DNA of 64,000 nucleotides. It comes from Octopus bimaculoides (Eukaryota). This document shows, piece after piece, positions 12,001 through 20,826 of the stretch. A program made the translations under genes and the position numbers. Under the pieces are notes generated by a model. The model ran no database searches, was not told where the DNA came from, and was given only the letters and a program-made list of their open reading frames with translations. The first letter of the stretch is position 1, and each line of letters begins with the position of its first letter. The stretch is from assembly GCF_001194135.2 (NCBI RefSeq), contig NC_068981.1, positions 53,251,309-53,315,308 on the forward strand, in the 5' to 3' direction.

Positions 12001-13466
12001 GCTCATTACCTCATCCTAGTTTTTGTCCATCTGGAGGTCTGACTTAAACCAGACCCCAAATATTTAACCAGTCTGTCCATTCAGCGCCCAACAACATGGC
12101 TGGATGTCATGGACTTGCTTCTCTAGATGCTGAGCCACAAGACCATTGACTTTTAATGATTAATTTTCACTCCCAATACCATTTTGTACTGCCCGAGAGT
12201 GGTACCAATTATCTTGATTCGTTTGATTTTTGACATCACTACACTACGTCGTCAGTATATGCTGAGACAGATCTCCCACATCCTTGTTCACACAGGATGC
12301 CCCTCAACATCTTCAGCTTGTGCAGTAGTAGCTTGAGGGTCAGTATGTACAACAGGGATGAGAGGAAACAACCTTGGCAGACCAAGGACATGATGTTAAA
12401 TGATCCAAGAAGTGACAACCCTGGTGGGCCAAGCAATGATGTTGAATGATCCTAGAGGTGACCATTCACTCTGAGCACTGAATAGATATCGATGTACATT
12501 GCAGCAATCCATCCCCTGAATACAGGCCCAAAACTAACTGCCTTGAGGACCAGCACCAGGTACCGATGGTTGACTGTATCGAAACCCTTGGATTGATCTA
12601 AGTTGACCAGGACCTCACCCATGTCAGGTTCTTTAAATAATAATAATCCTTTCTACTACAGACACAAGGCCTGAAATTTGAGGGTGAGGGGCTAGTTGAT
12701 TACATCAACCCGGTGTACAACCAGTACTTATTTCACTGACACCCCTCCCCGAAAGGATGAAATAATAATATGGCGTGTGCAACTTTCTCACTCAATAATA
12801 AATCTAATTAAAATAAACTTTAATTTAAAAAAAAACGCTTTAACTATCAAAGAATTAGTATTAAGTAAAATGTATACTCAAACCTATTCAGAAACTCACT
12901 GGAGAATTGAATAGCTTGTGTAGAATAATTGTTTATATTATATTTCTGTTTGCGAAGTAATAATACATCCTCAATTCAAGAAGAGATTCTCAAAATCATT
13001 TCCCAAGCTAGTATTAAATTTATTTGACAAGTTTTATTCAACCACTCAGAAATATGAATTTCATTATTTGTGATGCAGGAAACAATATTTAACATTCATC
13101 GGATTTAATTATTGATAATTATTTTAGACTATAACCCGCTGATAAAATTCTTCAGAATGGGCCTGACAGACTACAGGTCTGTTCGATCAGAATAAACAAC
13201 TACATTTATATTTGGGAACATTCTAGTAGAACAATATTTATTTTATTTACCTCTTTAATTGTGAACAAAATACACTTTAAAATCACTAAATGAAAATAGT
13301 TTAGTTTTAAAATATTGATAATATATTAAAAAATCTTATAGTGTTTCGCTACACCGGTTTGATAGATGTCAAATACTTAATGCTAATTATCAATCGCGAT
13401 TTATTTTTGTTTCTGTGTAATGAAATAAAAAGAATAAGCAAATATAACAAGAAATTAACTTACCAT
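1..13466 (-). CDS. SEC13: SEC13 (COPII / Nup84-complex WD40 protein), whole spliced span; 3' end runs off the window start
   Basis: Nine GT-AG, phase-consistent exons translate to [45 protein letters not shown]...[16 protein letters not shown]...[14 protein letters not shown]...SCSQDGSVVI, which is colinear with known SEC13 proteins. Confidence 0.97.
1206..1329 (-). CDS. SEC13: SEC13 coding exon 8 (124 nt): [41 protein letters not shown]
   Basis: tttag|G...CAG|gtata; lies within ORF 1143..1337. Confidence 0.96.
1940..2690 (+). mobile_element. Tc1/mariner transposase remnant (frameshifted) in SEC13 intron 7
   Basis: HTH-like [15 protein letters not shown]-like segment, [23 protein letters not shown] and [16 protein letters not shown]...LIWP match the Tc1 DD(34)E catalytic region. 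It is truncated before the final E and no TIR pair was found. Confidence 0.9.
2709..3025 (-). mobile_element. 3' end of an RTE-type LINE or derived short element with (GAT)n tail
   Basis: catcatcatcgtttaa(t/c)gtccgctttccatgctagcatgg... is identical in type to the 3' end of the RTE copy at 43883-45490. Confidence 0.85.
3731..3858 (-). CDS. SEC13: SEC13 coding exon 7 (128 nt): [43 protein letters not shown]
   Basis: ttccag|AGT...GAA|gtaagt; contains the GCNAVSWA and SGGCDN motifs. Confidence 0.96.
4070..4386 (-). mobile_element. RTE 3'-end copy
   Basis: Same catcatc gtttaacgtccgctttccatgctagcatggg motif. Confidence 0.85.
4400..5640 (-). mobile_element. Highly decayed RTE LINE reverse transcriptase fragments
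   Basis: Minus strand gives [17 protein letters not shown] (about 5560-5635) and [15 protein letters not shown] (about 5440-5490), matching motifs of the RTE at 26222-26464. Confidence 0.6.
5728..5771 (-). CDS. SEC13: SEC13 coding exon 6 (44 nt): [15 protein letters not shown]
   Basis: ttgcag|GT...TCT|gtaagt; phases 1 and 0 fit the neighbouring exons. Confidence 0.93.
5859..5948 (-). CDS. SEC13: SEC13 coding exon 5 (90 nt): [30 protein letters not shown]
   Basis: tttcag|TC...CAG|gtaagt. Confidence 0.96.
6092..6190 (-). mobile_element. Short RTE 3'-end copy
   Basis: Same tail motif. Confidence 0.85.
6594..6745 (-). CDS. SEC13: SEC13 coding exon 4 (152 nt): [50 protein letters not shown]
   Basis: ctttag|A...CAG|gtaaat. 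Confidence 0.97.
7671..7786 (-). CDS. SEC13: SEC13 coding exon 3 (116 nt): [39 protein letters not shown]
   Basis: ttccag|CAT...AGC|gtaagt. Confidence 0.97.
7999..8171 (+). mobile_element. tRNA-derived SINE, family A (other copies at 9085-9300 +, 9901-10120 -, 12650-12760 -, 41719-41860 +, 45695-45915 +, 47615-48010 +, 49632-49840 +)
   Basis: A-box-like gagctggcagaa..ttagc and B-box gagttcaaattcc, plus the shared core gttgactttgcctttcatcctttc..gtcgataaattaagtaccag. Confidence 0.85.
8280..8950 (-). mobile_element. Decayed RTE LINE RT fragment in SEC13 intron 2
   Basis: [16 protein letters not shown] (ORF 8763..8948) and DSFYYLG (ORF 8403..8594). Confidence 0.75.
10698..10742 (-). CDS. SEC13: SEC13 coding exon 2 (45 nt): [15 protein letters not shown]
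   Basis: ttttacag|GTA...ATT|gtgagt. Confidence 0.95.
10790..12635 (-). mobile_element. 5'-truncated Tx1/L1-clade LINE in SEC13 intron 1
   Basis: [28 protein letters not shown] and SAYTDDV RT motifs; LSLKGQAEV; C-terminal HCP...[10 protein letters not shown]; followed by a 3' UTR. Confidence 0.85.
13464..13466 (-). CDS. SEC13: SEC13 coding exon 1: start ATG only
   Basis: Minus strand reads ttcaatATG|gtaagtt. Exon 2 starts in phase 0 with VSV, and the site borders a CpG-rich promoter-like segment. Confidence 0.8.
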
Positions 13467-13499
13467 ATTGAATAACTGATATACACGACTAGAAATGAA

Positions 13500-13620
13500 T
13501 TAGACTCCAGGAATGAAAATTATTCTGAGATAAGCCGAAATTTCCTCCAGCAATACGATGCGGACGTGGCATGCGAGTTCCACAAGGGAGGTTACTGCAG
13601 TAACACCGGCGTCATTGACT
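13500..13620 (-). promoter_or_regulatory. SEC13 proximal promoter candidate
   Basis: CpG-containing segment just upstream of the ATG. It contains TGCCACGTC (minus strand, 13563-13571), the perfect palindrome GTTACTGCAGTAAC (13591-13604) and a CGTCA half-CRE. Confidence 0.6.
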
Positions 13621-14099
13621 ATTCCTAATTTTAAAAATCAATTTCACAAAATTTACTTTTCAGAATACAATTTTAATGTCACATATACATCATGCATTTG
13701 TATATTATAAGTTTTAAACTACTTCTCTGTCGCCATATATTTCTTTTGTGAACATTTATTAATACCATGACCACTGCATTTAAAAGTCAGAAAAATAGAA
13801 AGATGTTAAACTATTGATCAAGAATTTGCATTGCATTTTGCCCACATCTAAGTTGAGTTGCAGGGACACCATCACGATACAGAATGTCTTTTGCATTTTC
13901 GATCTGACCACACCTGATTTCTTCCAGAAGAAAATCACACCGAAAAAGAAAGAGTTAGAGTAAGAGAAATCGACTCCAGTACATGACTGATGATACTTTA
14001 TTTATCAGCCCCGAAAGAATGAAAGGCAAAGTTAAACTCGACAGGAGCTTCGACTCTGACAATCGGCTGCCTTAATTGTAATTATTATAAACGTATAAA

Positions 14100-14290
14100 T
14101 TAATTGAGTTTTAATGCCGAAGGTAAAGATATTCGGCGATCTTTCGATACTAGTAGTTGTTGCGTACTAGTACCGAAAGATCGCCAGATATTCTTACACC
14201 ATCCGTTTTCGGCGTTTATTATTAGGATTACGCCGAAAACGGGTGGTGTGCATATTTTTTACCTACGCCAGTTTAATTAGCTTACATTGA
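14100..14290. repeat. Double-hairpin (dumbbell) inverted-repeat element
   Basis: Arms 14135-14155/14165-14185 pair at 20 of 21 positions and 14196-14215/14230-14249 at 19 of 20, inside a weaker outer stem aggtaaagatat/atattttttacct. Confidence 0.85.
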
Positions 14291-14399
14291 ATGAATTATA
14301 TAAGAAAACAAGGAAACGAAGTCTTTTGAAAATACCAGTATGAAATGGGTCTCATTGTCCGTATGCTAAGGAGATATCTCAGCATCAGTTAGTCCTCTC

Positions 14400-15345
14400 C
14401 TGGAAAACGCACATCTTTAACATAGCTGAGACTTCTTTAAAGACTGACTTGCTTTTTTCAGGACCAGAAAATACTCAAGCCTCTGACAAATACTAATCCT
14501 CAACAAGGTTCAGGGTCGGTTTCTATCTTGCGGACGTCCTTCCACTTTCCCCCTTTGTAGATGTTCGTCCCTGTCATAACAAGTGGGACGCCATCCAGTG
14601 CAACATTTTCTTGGACGAACTGATGTGCTGACTTAACTAGCACCGTCGAGCATGTTTCCGCTCGGCCCCACCAGCTCCACAGCGGTACTTTGCTCAACGT
14701 AATGCCATCACTCTCGACTGGGATTCAGCTGGATAGCGACTGTTTACTCATCGGTGTTTCCTTGAGGTTTGGCCTCTGGGTCTGTGAGCCTCACAAATGT
14801 CGCTACGGATCCACTGTGGGTTCTTTCGGCCTCCACCCATTGTCGTTATAGTGCTGGCCACCTACCACGCCATGCTGTTCTCAATGAGATTATAAAGCTT
14901 GGCCTAGAACTCCACAGGCTTCCCTTCCCAGTTCGAGCCTGCGGAGCTGGACCGAAGGGACGGTAAAAGGCCAGAAGGCATGATAATTTTCCCGTTTTAT
15001 GGTGGTAGGTCCCTCGTCTTGGAAGACACATGCTGCAATACCTTCTCCAGCATCAACTCGGTGTATTCGGTTACCACCCCAGGCTTCGCTGCACGTCAAG
15101 CCGAAAAGGGCAAACTGTCAAAGTATCGACTGCTCTAACAGATTTGCGGTTGAGCCTATGACAGTGGAGACCTCCGGCATTCTTGGCCCCCACTACTATC
15201 CCTGCTCACTACTATCACGGCGGAGATGGCTATCCGCAAATGCGAGCTCTGTGAGTGGGAGTGGCTGTTCCAGCTCGTTTCCCTTTGCCATCCTCCGGGG
15301 CAACGCCTTTTCCATATTGTCCGCCAGGACCACGAGACTAGTCTT
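14400..15345 (+). mobile_element. CRE-clade non-LTR retrotransposon 3' part (zinc-knuckle region plus restriction-like endonuclease), decayed
   Basis: HSGTLLNVMPS...LRFGL; DPLW..HCRYSAGHLPRHAVLNEIIK; EPAELDRRDGKRPEGMIIFPFYGGRSLV; AEKGKLSKY; VETSGILGP; AILRGNA. Confidence 0.8.
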
Positions 15346-16019
15346 TTCTATTATAGCTGTTGTACATTACTAGTACATACACCCTTCTTAATAAAACTGT
15401 CATAAGAGAGAAAAGGCAAAGTCCAGGTGAGAATTAAACAATAAAAGACTATCAGATGTAGATCTCACCTAAGTTTTGTAAAGTGATAGTAGTTATACAG
15501 GGCTAGAATATCTAGATCAATAGAGAGGAGTACCATAGGCAAAATAAAAATAAAACAGTTTAATAAACATTACATACTTATAAATTTTTAAATTCATTAT
15601 TTTTCTCATAATAGTTGCGCTTCCAACTGTGATTCACTCCTCGTATTAAAAAATGGTTCCTCGATCCTAATCTAGATAGTTTAACGGCCTTCTGAAGAAG
15701 TGGTCGTTTCAGTCTTCTGCAGATGATACTCCTTTATCTTCTGGATGGAAGTGGGTTAGCTTTGGCTATATTCTTCTTTATCTAATTAAGCATTTGCTTT
15801 TCTTCAATTCTGTGTTTTTGTGGTAGGGGAGTTCCATGAGAAACAATGCTCTTGAATCTGCCTCTACAAACTTCATCTCTGTCGTCAGCTCCGACTGCTT
15901 GCTCATCTTTGTTCCTTGTCATGATAATTATTATCAATAGTTTCGACATCACCGAATCCATAAAAAAATAATAAATGCGCCCTTTTAAAGCCTAGCCAGG
16001 CTCGTGGGCCCGGTTTCTC

Positions 16020-16222
16020 GGTTTCAATGGTGTATGTGTTCTCCAGCTGGACGGGACGCCAGTCCATCAAAGCGTTACTCATTTTTGCCAGCTGAGTGGA
16101 CTGGAGCAACGTGAAACGAAGTGTTTTTGCTCAAGAACACAACGCGTCGCCCGGTCCAAGAATCGAAACCACAATCTCACGATCATGATGCTGACACCCT
16201 AACCACTAAGCCACGCGCCTCC
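16020..16222 (-). mobile_element. tRNA-derived SINE, family B (other copies at 24290-24412 - and 53560-53700 +)
   Basis: Minus strand reads gcgtggcttagtggttagggtgtcagcatcatgatcgtgagattgtggtttcgattc (A/B boxes), followed by the core gttgctccagtccactcagctgg. Confidence 0.8.
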
Positions 16223-17290
16223 ACCGCTGCATCCATATGCAACCACATTTCCTGGTATTAAGAGCTGGAACTAGAACTTCTGGAAAAACTTTTGCAAGAC
16301 GAAACGCGGCTGCTTTTCGGTTCTCTGCAGGAGGATCTCTTCCAAAATTCAAGGGGTTTTGAAATCGTTCTTTTAGGGAGAGGCCCGTCAAATATTCAGG
16401 GCTCCTCCTTGGTTCTTTCTGAGCCCGGACTAATATACGGCTAAGCCCACACCTTCTTAGGCTCCTGGTTGAAACAATGAGTAATCTAATTAATATGAGA
16501 CTTAAACTTCACTGTAATGTCTGGCTTGCTAAATTGTCTTTTGTAGCTGATAAAGATGTCAAACCGTGTGTTAAACAAGAAATGTTTTATTGAACAATAA
16601 CCTCCAAATTAACACCGTTGTAGGAAGTTGTTCAACAGAGTATTTCCTGTTAAACACACAGTTTGAATCTGAACATTGAACAGATTAAACTTGGTACTTG
16701 AAGTGAACAAAGTGACGATATATTTAGAAACAACGAATCACCTGAAGTGCTTTGAAACTCAAGACTTATAATCACAAATACAGTCCACTTTTTGTGGTGT
16801 TTTCGGTGGAATAATGTTTCGTTTTATTTTATTTTGCGGTTTCATTTATCTCCATTACAATAGTTCTCATGGATGTCTATTTTCAAATAAATCTTTCCTC
16901 CATTAATTTGATGGATAAGGCCGATTTTTCAAATAGGACGGAATCAAAGACGTTATGTCTAATATTATTCTGCTACAATGCGACCATATTGGTAAGACTT
17001 TAACAAATCTTAATATACTGTACTACATTCTTATTTTCATAGTAACAGCTAGATTTGAACCCACAGTAACTTCCCTGAGCGATGGGTTCTAAAAAACATA
17101 GTAAATATATGTTGTATTTAGTCAAGGCTGATTTAACAGCATTTATTTGCTCGTCCCCCCGGGCAAATAAATGCACTGAACCCTATAGTATTAACAGATA
17201 GCAAGTCATAACATTACAAAGATTAGAACTGGGTCCCCAAGACACGTCAGATCCTCTGGGCAATTGCTCAGTATGTAAATGTCTTAAGAC

Positions 17291-17859
17291 CAGGGCCAGT
17301 TTTAAGCCAATTTGACAGGTTCGTTCAAATTGAGCCCCGCACACACACTCAAGTGGAGAACGCTATGATGAATTAAATATTTCCTAATGTTTTTACTGCT
17401 TTGAGGATTTACTTAACTAATGCTCGTAACAGTCCCAGTCCGATCAGGCGAAAGAAGTTTTTCAAAACTAAAACTGATTAAAACATATCTACAATTAACA
17501 ATTTCACAAGACAGACTAAATAATTTGGCGATGCTATCTAGAAAATGACATTACAAAAACCATTGACATTGAAATGATTTTACAAGTCTTCTCGACTAAA
17601 ATATCCAGAAAAGCCTGTTTTTTAGGTCTGTTCATTAATAGTACGTCAGCAATTATTTTGACTTGCAATAAAACTTAAAAACTTTCATATGAACTTCCAA
17701 TTTTTAATATATCATTGTGGCTAATGGTGGAACCTGAAGCCCTCAGTGCCTTTTGGTTGAGACTGACGTACTATACGAAGCATAAAACATCAATCTTCAG
17801 TTTTGTAGAGGGCCTCACAATTCACTAATTGGGTCCCGCACTTCCTTGCACCGGCCCTG
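17291..17859 (+). mobile_element. Non-autonomous hAT element retaining the dimerization-domain coding remnant
   Basis: TIRs CAGGGCCAGTT / CACCGGCCCTG; 8-bp TSD cttaagac / cttcagac; internal FPNVFTALRIYLT..VTV..SGERSFSKLKLIKTYL..TISQDRLNNLAMLS. Confidence 0.9.
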
Positions 17860-20659
17860 CTTCAGACCACTGTACTTAATACTACGAAATATTTCTTTCC
17901 CAGCGAATTGTCTTAACAGTAATTATAAATATTTTATCTATAAGAGCATTCGATTATTTATCAGTCCAACAAAATAATGTTATGTCCTGTAGTAGATTGT
18001 CTTTGATTTTGTTGCATATTTAGACATTACATACGTAGGCCGTACCAGAATAAAATAGATTTAAGGTTCGTACTCTTATTCGCATAAGCATTCTTCAGTT
18101 GCTCCATATTAAGACAAAATTTAGACATTATTTCGTTTTTGTATTTGGTTTACAAGATTCTTTATGTGAATTTGTGTTGAAACATATTTTATTGTCTGGG
18201 GGAAAACATTCTGTTTTAATGCCTTGTTAATTAACACTCACCAGTTCGATTTCTACTCATTTATTTTTTCTAAAATTTTCGTTGCTTCTTGACATTATGA
18301 TAACGTTAAATTACGGACAGCATTTAGTCATTTTAACGCTAAATTGTGATTTTTTCCCCCTTTTAGCGGCATAATACTTATTACCTCAGTGTCACAGCCA
18401 TTGGGTTTTATGTTCGGTCCTTATCACATGTATCATTTTCCCTTTGTCATCTGAACTACAGATTCCCAATTTTCTAATAGGCCGAAAAAAATTCATCTAT
18501 TGATTTAATTTTTTTTTACCTTTTCTTCGACTTTTTAAAATGATGATATGTACGCCAACGTTCTAAATGTGGGTTATGATACCAAGAACAAATTTGTGAT
18601 CTAGCCTATTTAGATTGTTACAGCATTCCCTGTAACAATTCAAATTGAGTAGCAGGTAGAAAAAAAATCTGGTCCTGATCTCGCCCTTATTATTTATTTA
18701 TTTTTTTTCCCAAAATATATTTATATAAATAAAAATAAACAGCCTGGGGCGCAGGGACAGAAATCAGGTTTGTGCGTCTCGTTTTTGCAGTCACCCTATA
18801 TTTTTTTTTACTCTTGAATACGTACATTTACAACTTTTGGCTAATTTTTACTATTACACATGAAATCTCTTAGATCGGTGAATTTTTGGAATAGCCATCA
18901 GTACCTCTTGTAGAAGGGAAAGGACAAGAAATTGGGTTGTTGTTTCCTTCTGTGAAACATTTTTGTTCTAAAAATGTATTCTTTTTTACATTTTTGCCCC
19001 TCCATCATTCCATACCCTTTAACGTTAGACAGAAAATGGCATTAATATCAAATGTGGGTGATAAGGGGAATTCGTGAGGAATGACCTTATTTGAGTGTTA
19101 ATAGCATCTTAACGACTAAAATTAACTCGTGACATTTGACAACACTAGCGTAGTATCCGTAGAAAAGGACTCGGTTTATTTCTTCCTCCTTTCAGTAATT
19201 CTTGATATTTTTGTTCAAGACTTGCTTTATTTTTTGTGTATCATTCTGTCTTCTCTACTGCTCTAATACTTTCTCTTTCACCTCTCTCAGCACAATTACT
19301 ATTTTCACCTTTCGACTGAAGAAAAAAGAAACTGATGTGTGACTTAACGTTTTATGTATTAAAATGATTTTAAAAAGAGCACTGAAAGATATGCTTTGTG
19401 GTGAGGCAGAAATAATTCTTAACCAACTGTGATGAGAAGGGAAATTCTTAAAGTGAATAAAAATTCATCTCAAAAGGAGCAAGGAAGAGAACTCTGAATT
19501 TTGAGTTGGTTAAAATGAAAAGGTGATATGTAAAGAGTAATGGGCTTAAACTGGTAACTTTAGTAACCATCCTGACATAACTTCTCCACCACATTGCTAT
19601 CTGGTCATAGAATGATTTGAAGAGTATATAATTTCGATATGAAAGTAATCTACTGATTAGGTAATTTAAAATAATGACATTAGGGATCACGGAAATGCAT
19701 TCTAAATGAAGAATATAGAATTATAATCCAAGGTAACATTCCTAATGTCGTAAATCGAAAATACTTGTCACGCAAATTATACTCCTAGTGACCAAAAAAG
19801 GTTTATGAAAATGTAGAGATGTAGGAGGCGGTCCTATTTACGTTAATGATTTGCTTAATTTTTTTTTCCCATTACTCTTTGTGGAAATTTGATACTGCTT
19901 TTTGTCTTTGTCCTTTAAACTTAAGTTTTAGTTTACACGAAATGCATAAGTTTAAAGGGCAGTGAATAGTATTTCACATTGAACACAACTTAGATGTGTA
20001 TGATTTATCTGACTTATGTTTTTGTCGCACATTTGATTCTAGCTGAGCTATTTCAGCATTTTAAACGTCTTCAGTTATATGTGAACTTCATTTTTTTATA
20101 CAATTTTCAATCTATTTTTTTACCAAATTTACATGGAAGACATTACTACAAATATGGATCATTCTGTGCGAATTTAGTAAATAAGGCAATGAGATATAGT
20201 TTTCAATAAAACAAACTTGATCAGGTTGAATAATGTGGATTGCTTGAGCAACACATCTCAATAACTATGGCTGAAAGTTGAACGCAGAGTTGAAGTGATC
20301 TCTGGTGTTAAAAGGGTCAAGACAATGTTACACCTATAAATTACGTCCATTATGCTGTATATCAATTGTTTTGCATTAAAGCTGTTGAGATATCCAAATG
20401 AAATGCTGTTTACTAAACAGATACAGTACAAGTAGAAGAATAGAAAGGATGAGAATGACTTGCTGGATCCACTAAGAATGATATCAAAGTAAATTTTCGG
20501 ACAGTTTAAGAAATCTTATTATTTAATAAGTTTTATTTCAATTCTAAATCAACATGCAAATAATATGAATACAATAAAGAATATGAAATCAATTTGACAT
20601 CCCGTCTCTTTTTAATTGTTAGTTACATCGAGTTACAGAAGACAAAATTTTGCACTGCC

Positions 20660-20826
20660 TGTTATCTTAGATGGTCGCATGAATGGCGACTGAACTCCAA
20701 TTGGAGTGCTCGTACTTGAGTATTCCTTCAGCAGGGGGCAGCTTCATCGAAGAAACTGGCGAATGTTATTTCTATTCCCGGCTTACCTTATCGCACAGCA
20801 TATATTCTGCATTGACACAGGTAAGG
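20660..20826 (+). promoter_or_regulatory. Candidate distal promoter / non-coding first exon of UHMK1
   Basis: CpG-containing segment with an ATGGCG core at 20683, TCAGCAGGGGGCAGC (CTCF-like, 20728-20742) and a strong donor CAG|GTAAGG at 20820/20821. A matching acceptor exists at 39390-39391. Confidence 0.4.

Noticed and set aside
16260-16700. Possible Charlie/Buster-type hAT transposase remnant (VWLAKLSFVAD..LLNNNLQ)
   Set aside because: Only a few motif-like residues across broken frames and no termini; too weak to annotate.
18420-18660. Faint CR1-like RT C-terminal traces (also about 20270-20400, 46500-46860, 60550-61000)
   Set aside because: Too decayed to translate convincingly.
20781-20790. 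Minus-strand donor AAG|GTAAGC suggesting an antisense or alternative SEC13 first exon
   Set aside because: A single 9-mer is expected by chance, and no in-frame ATG precedes it.
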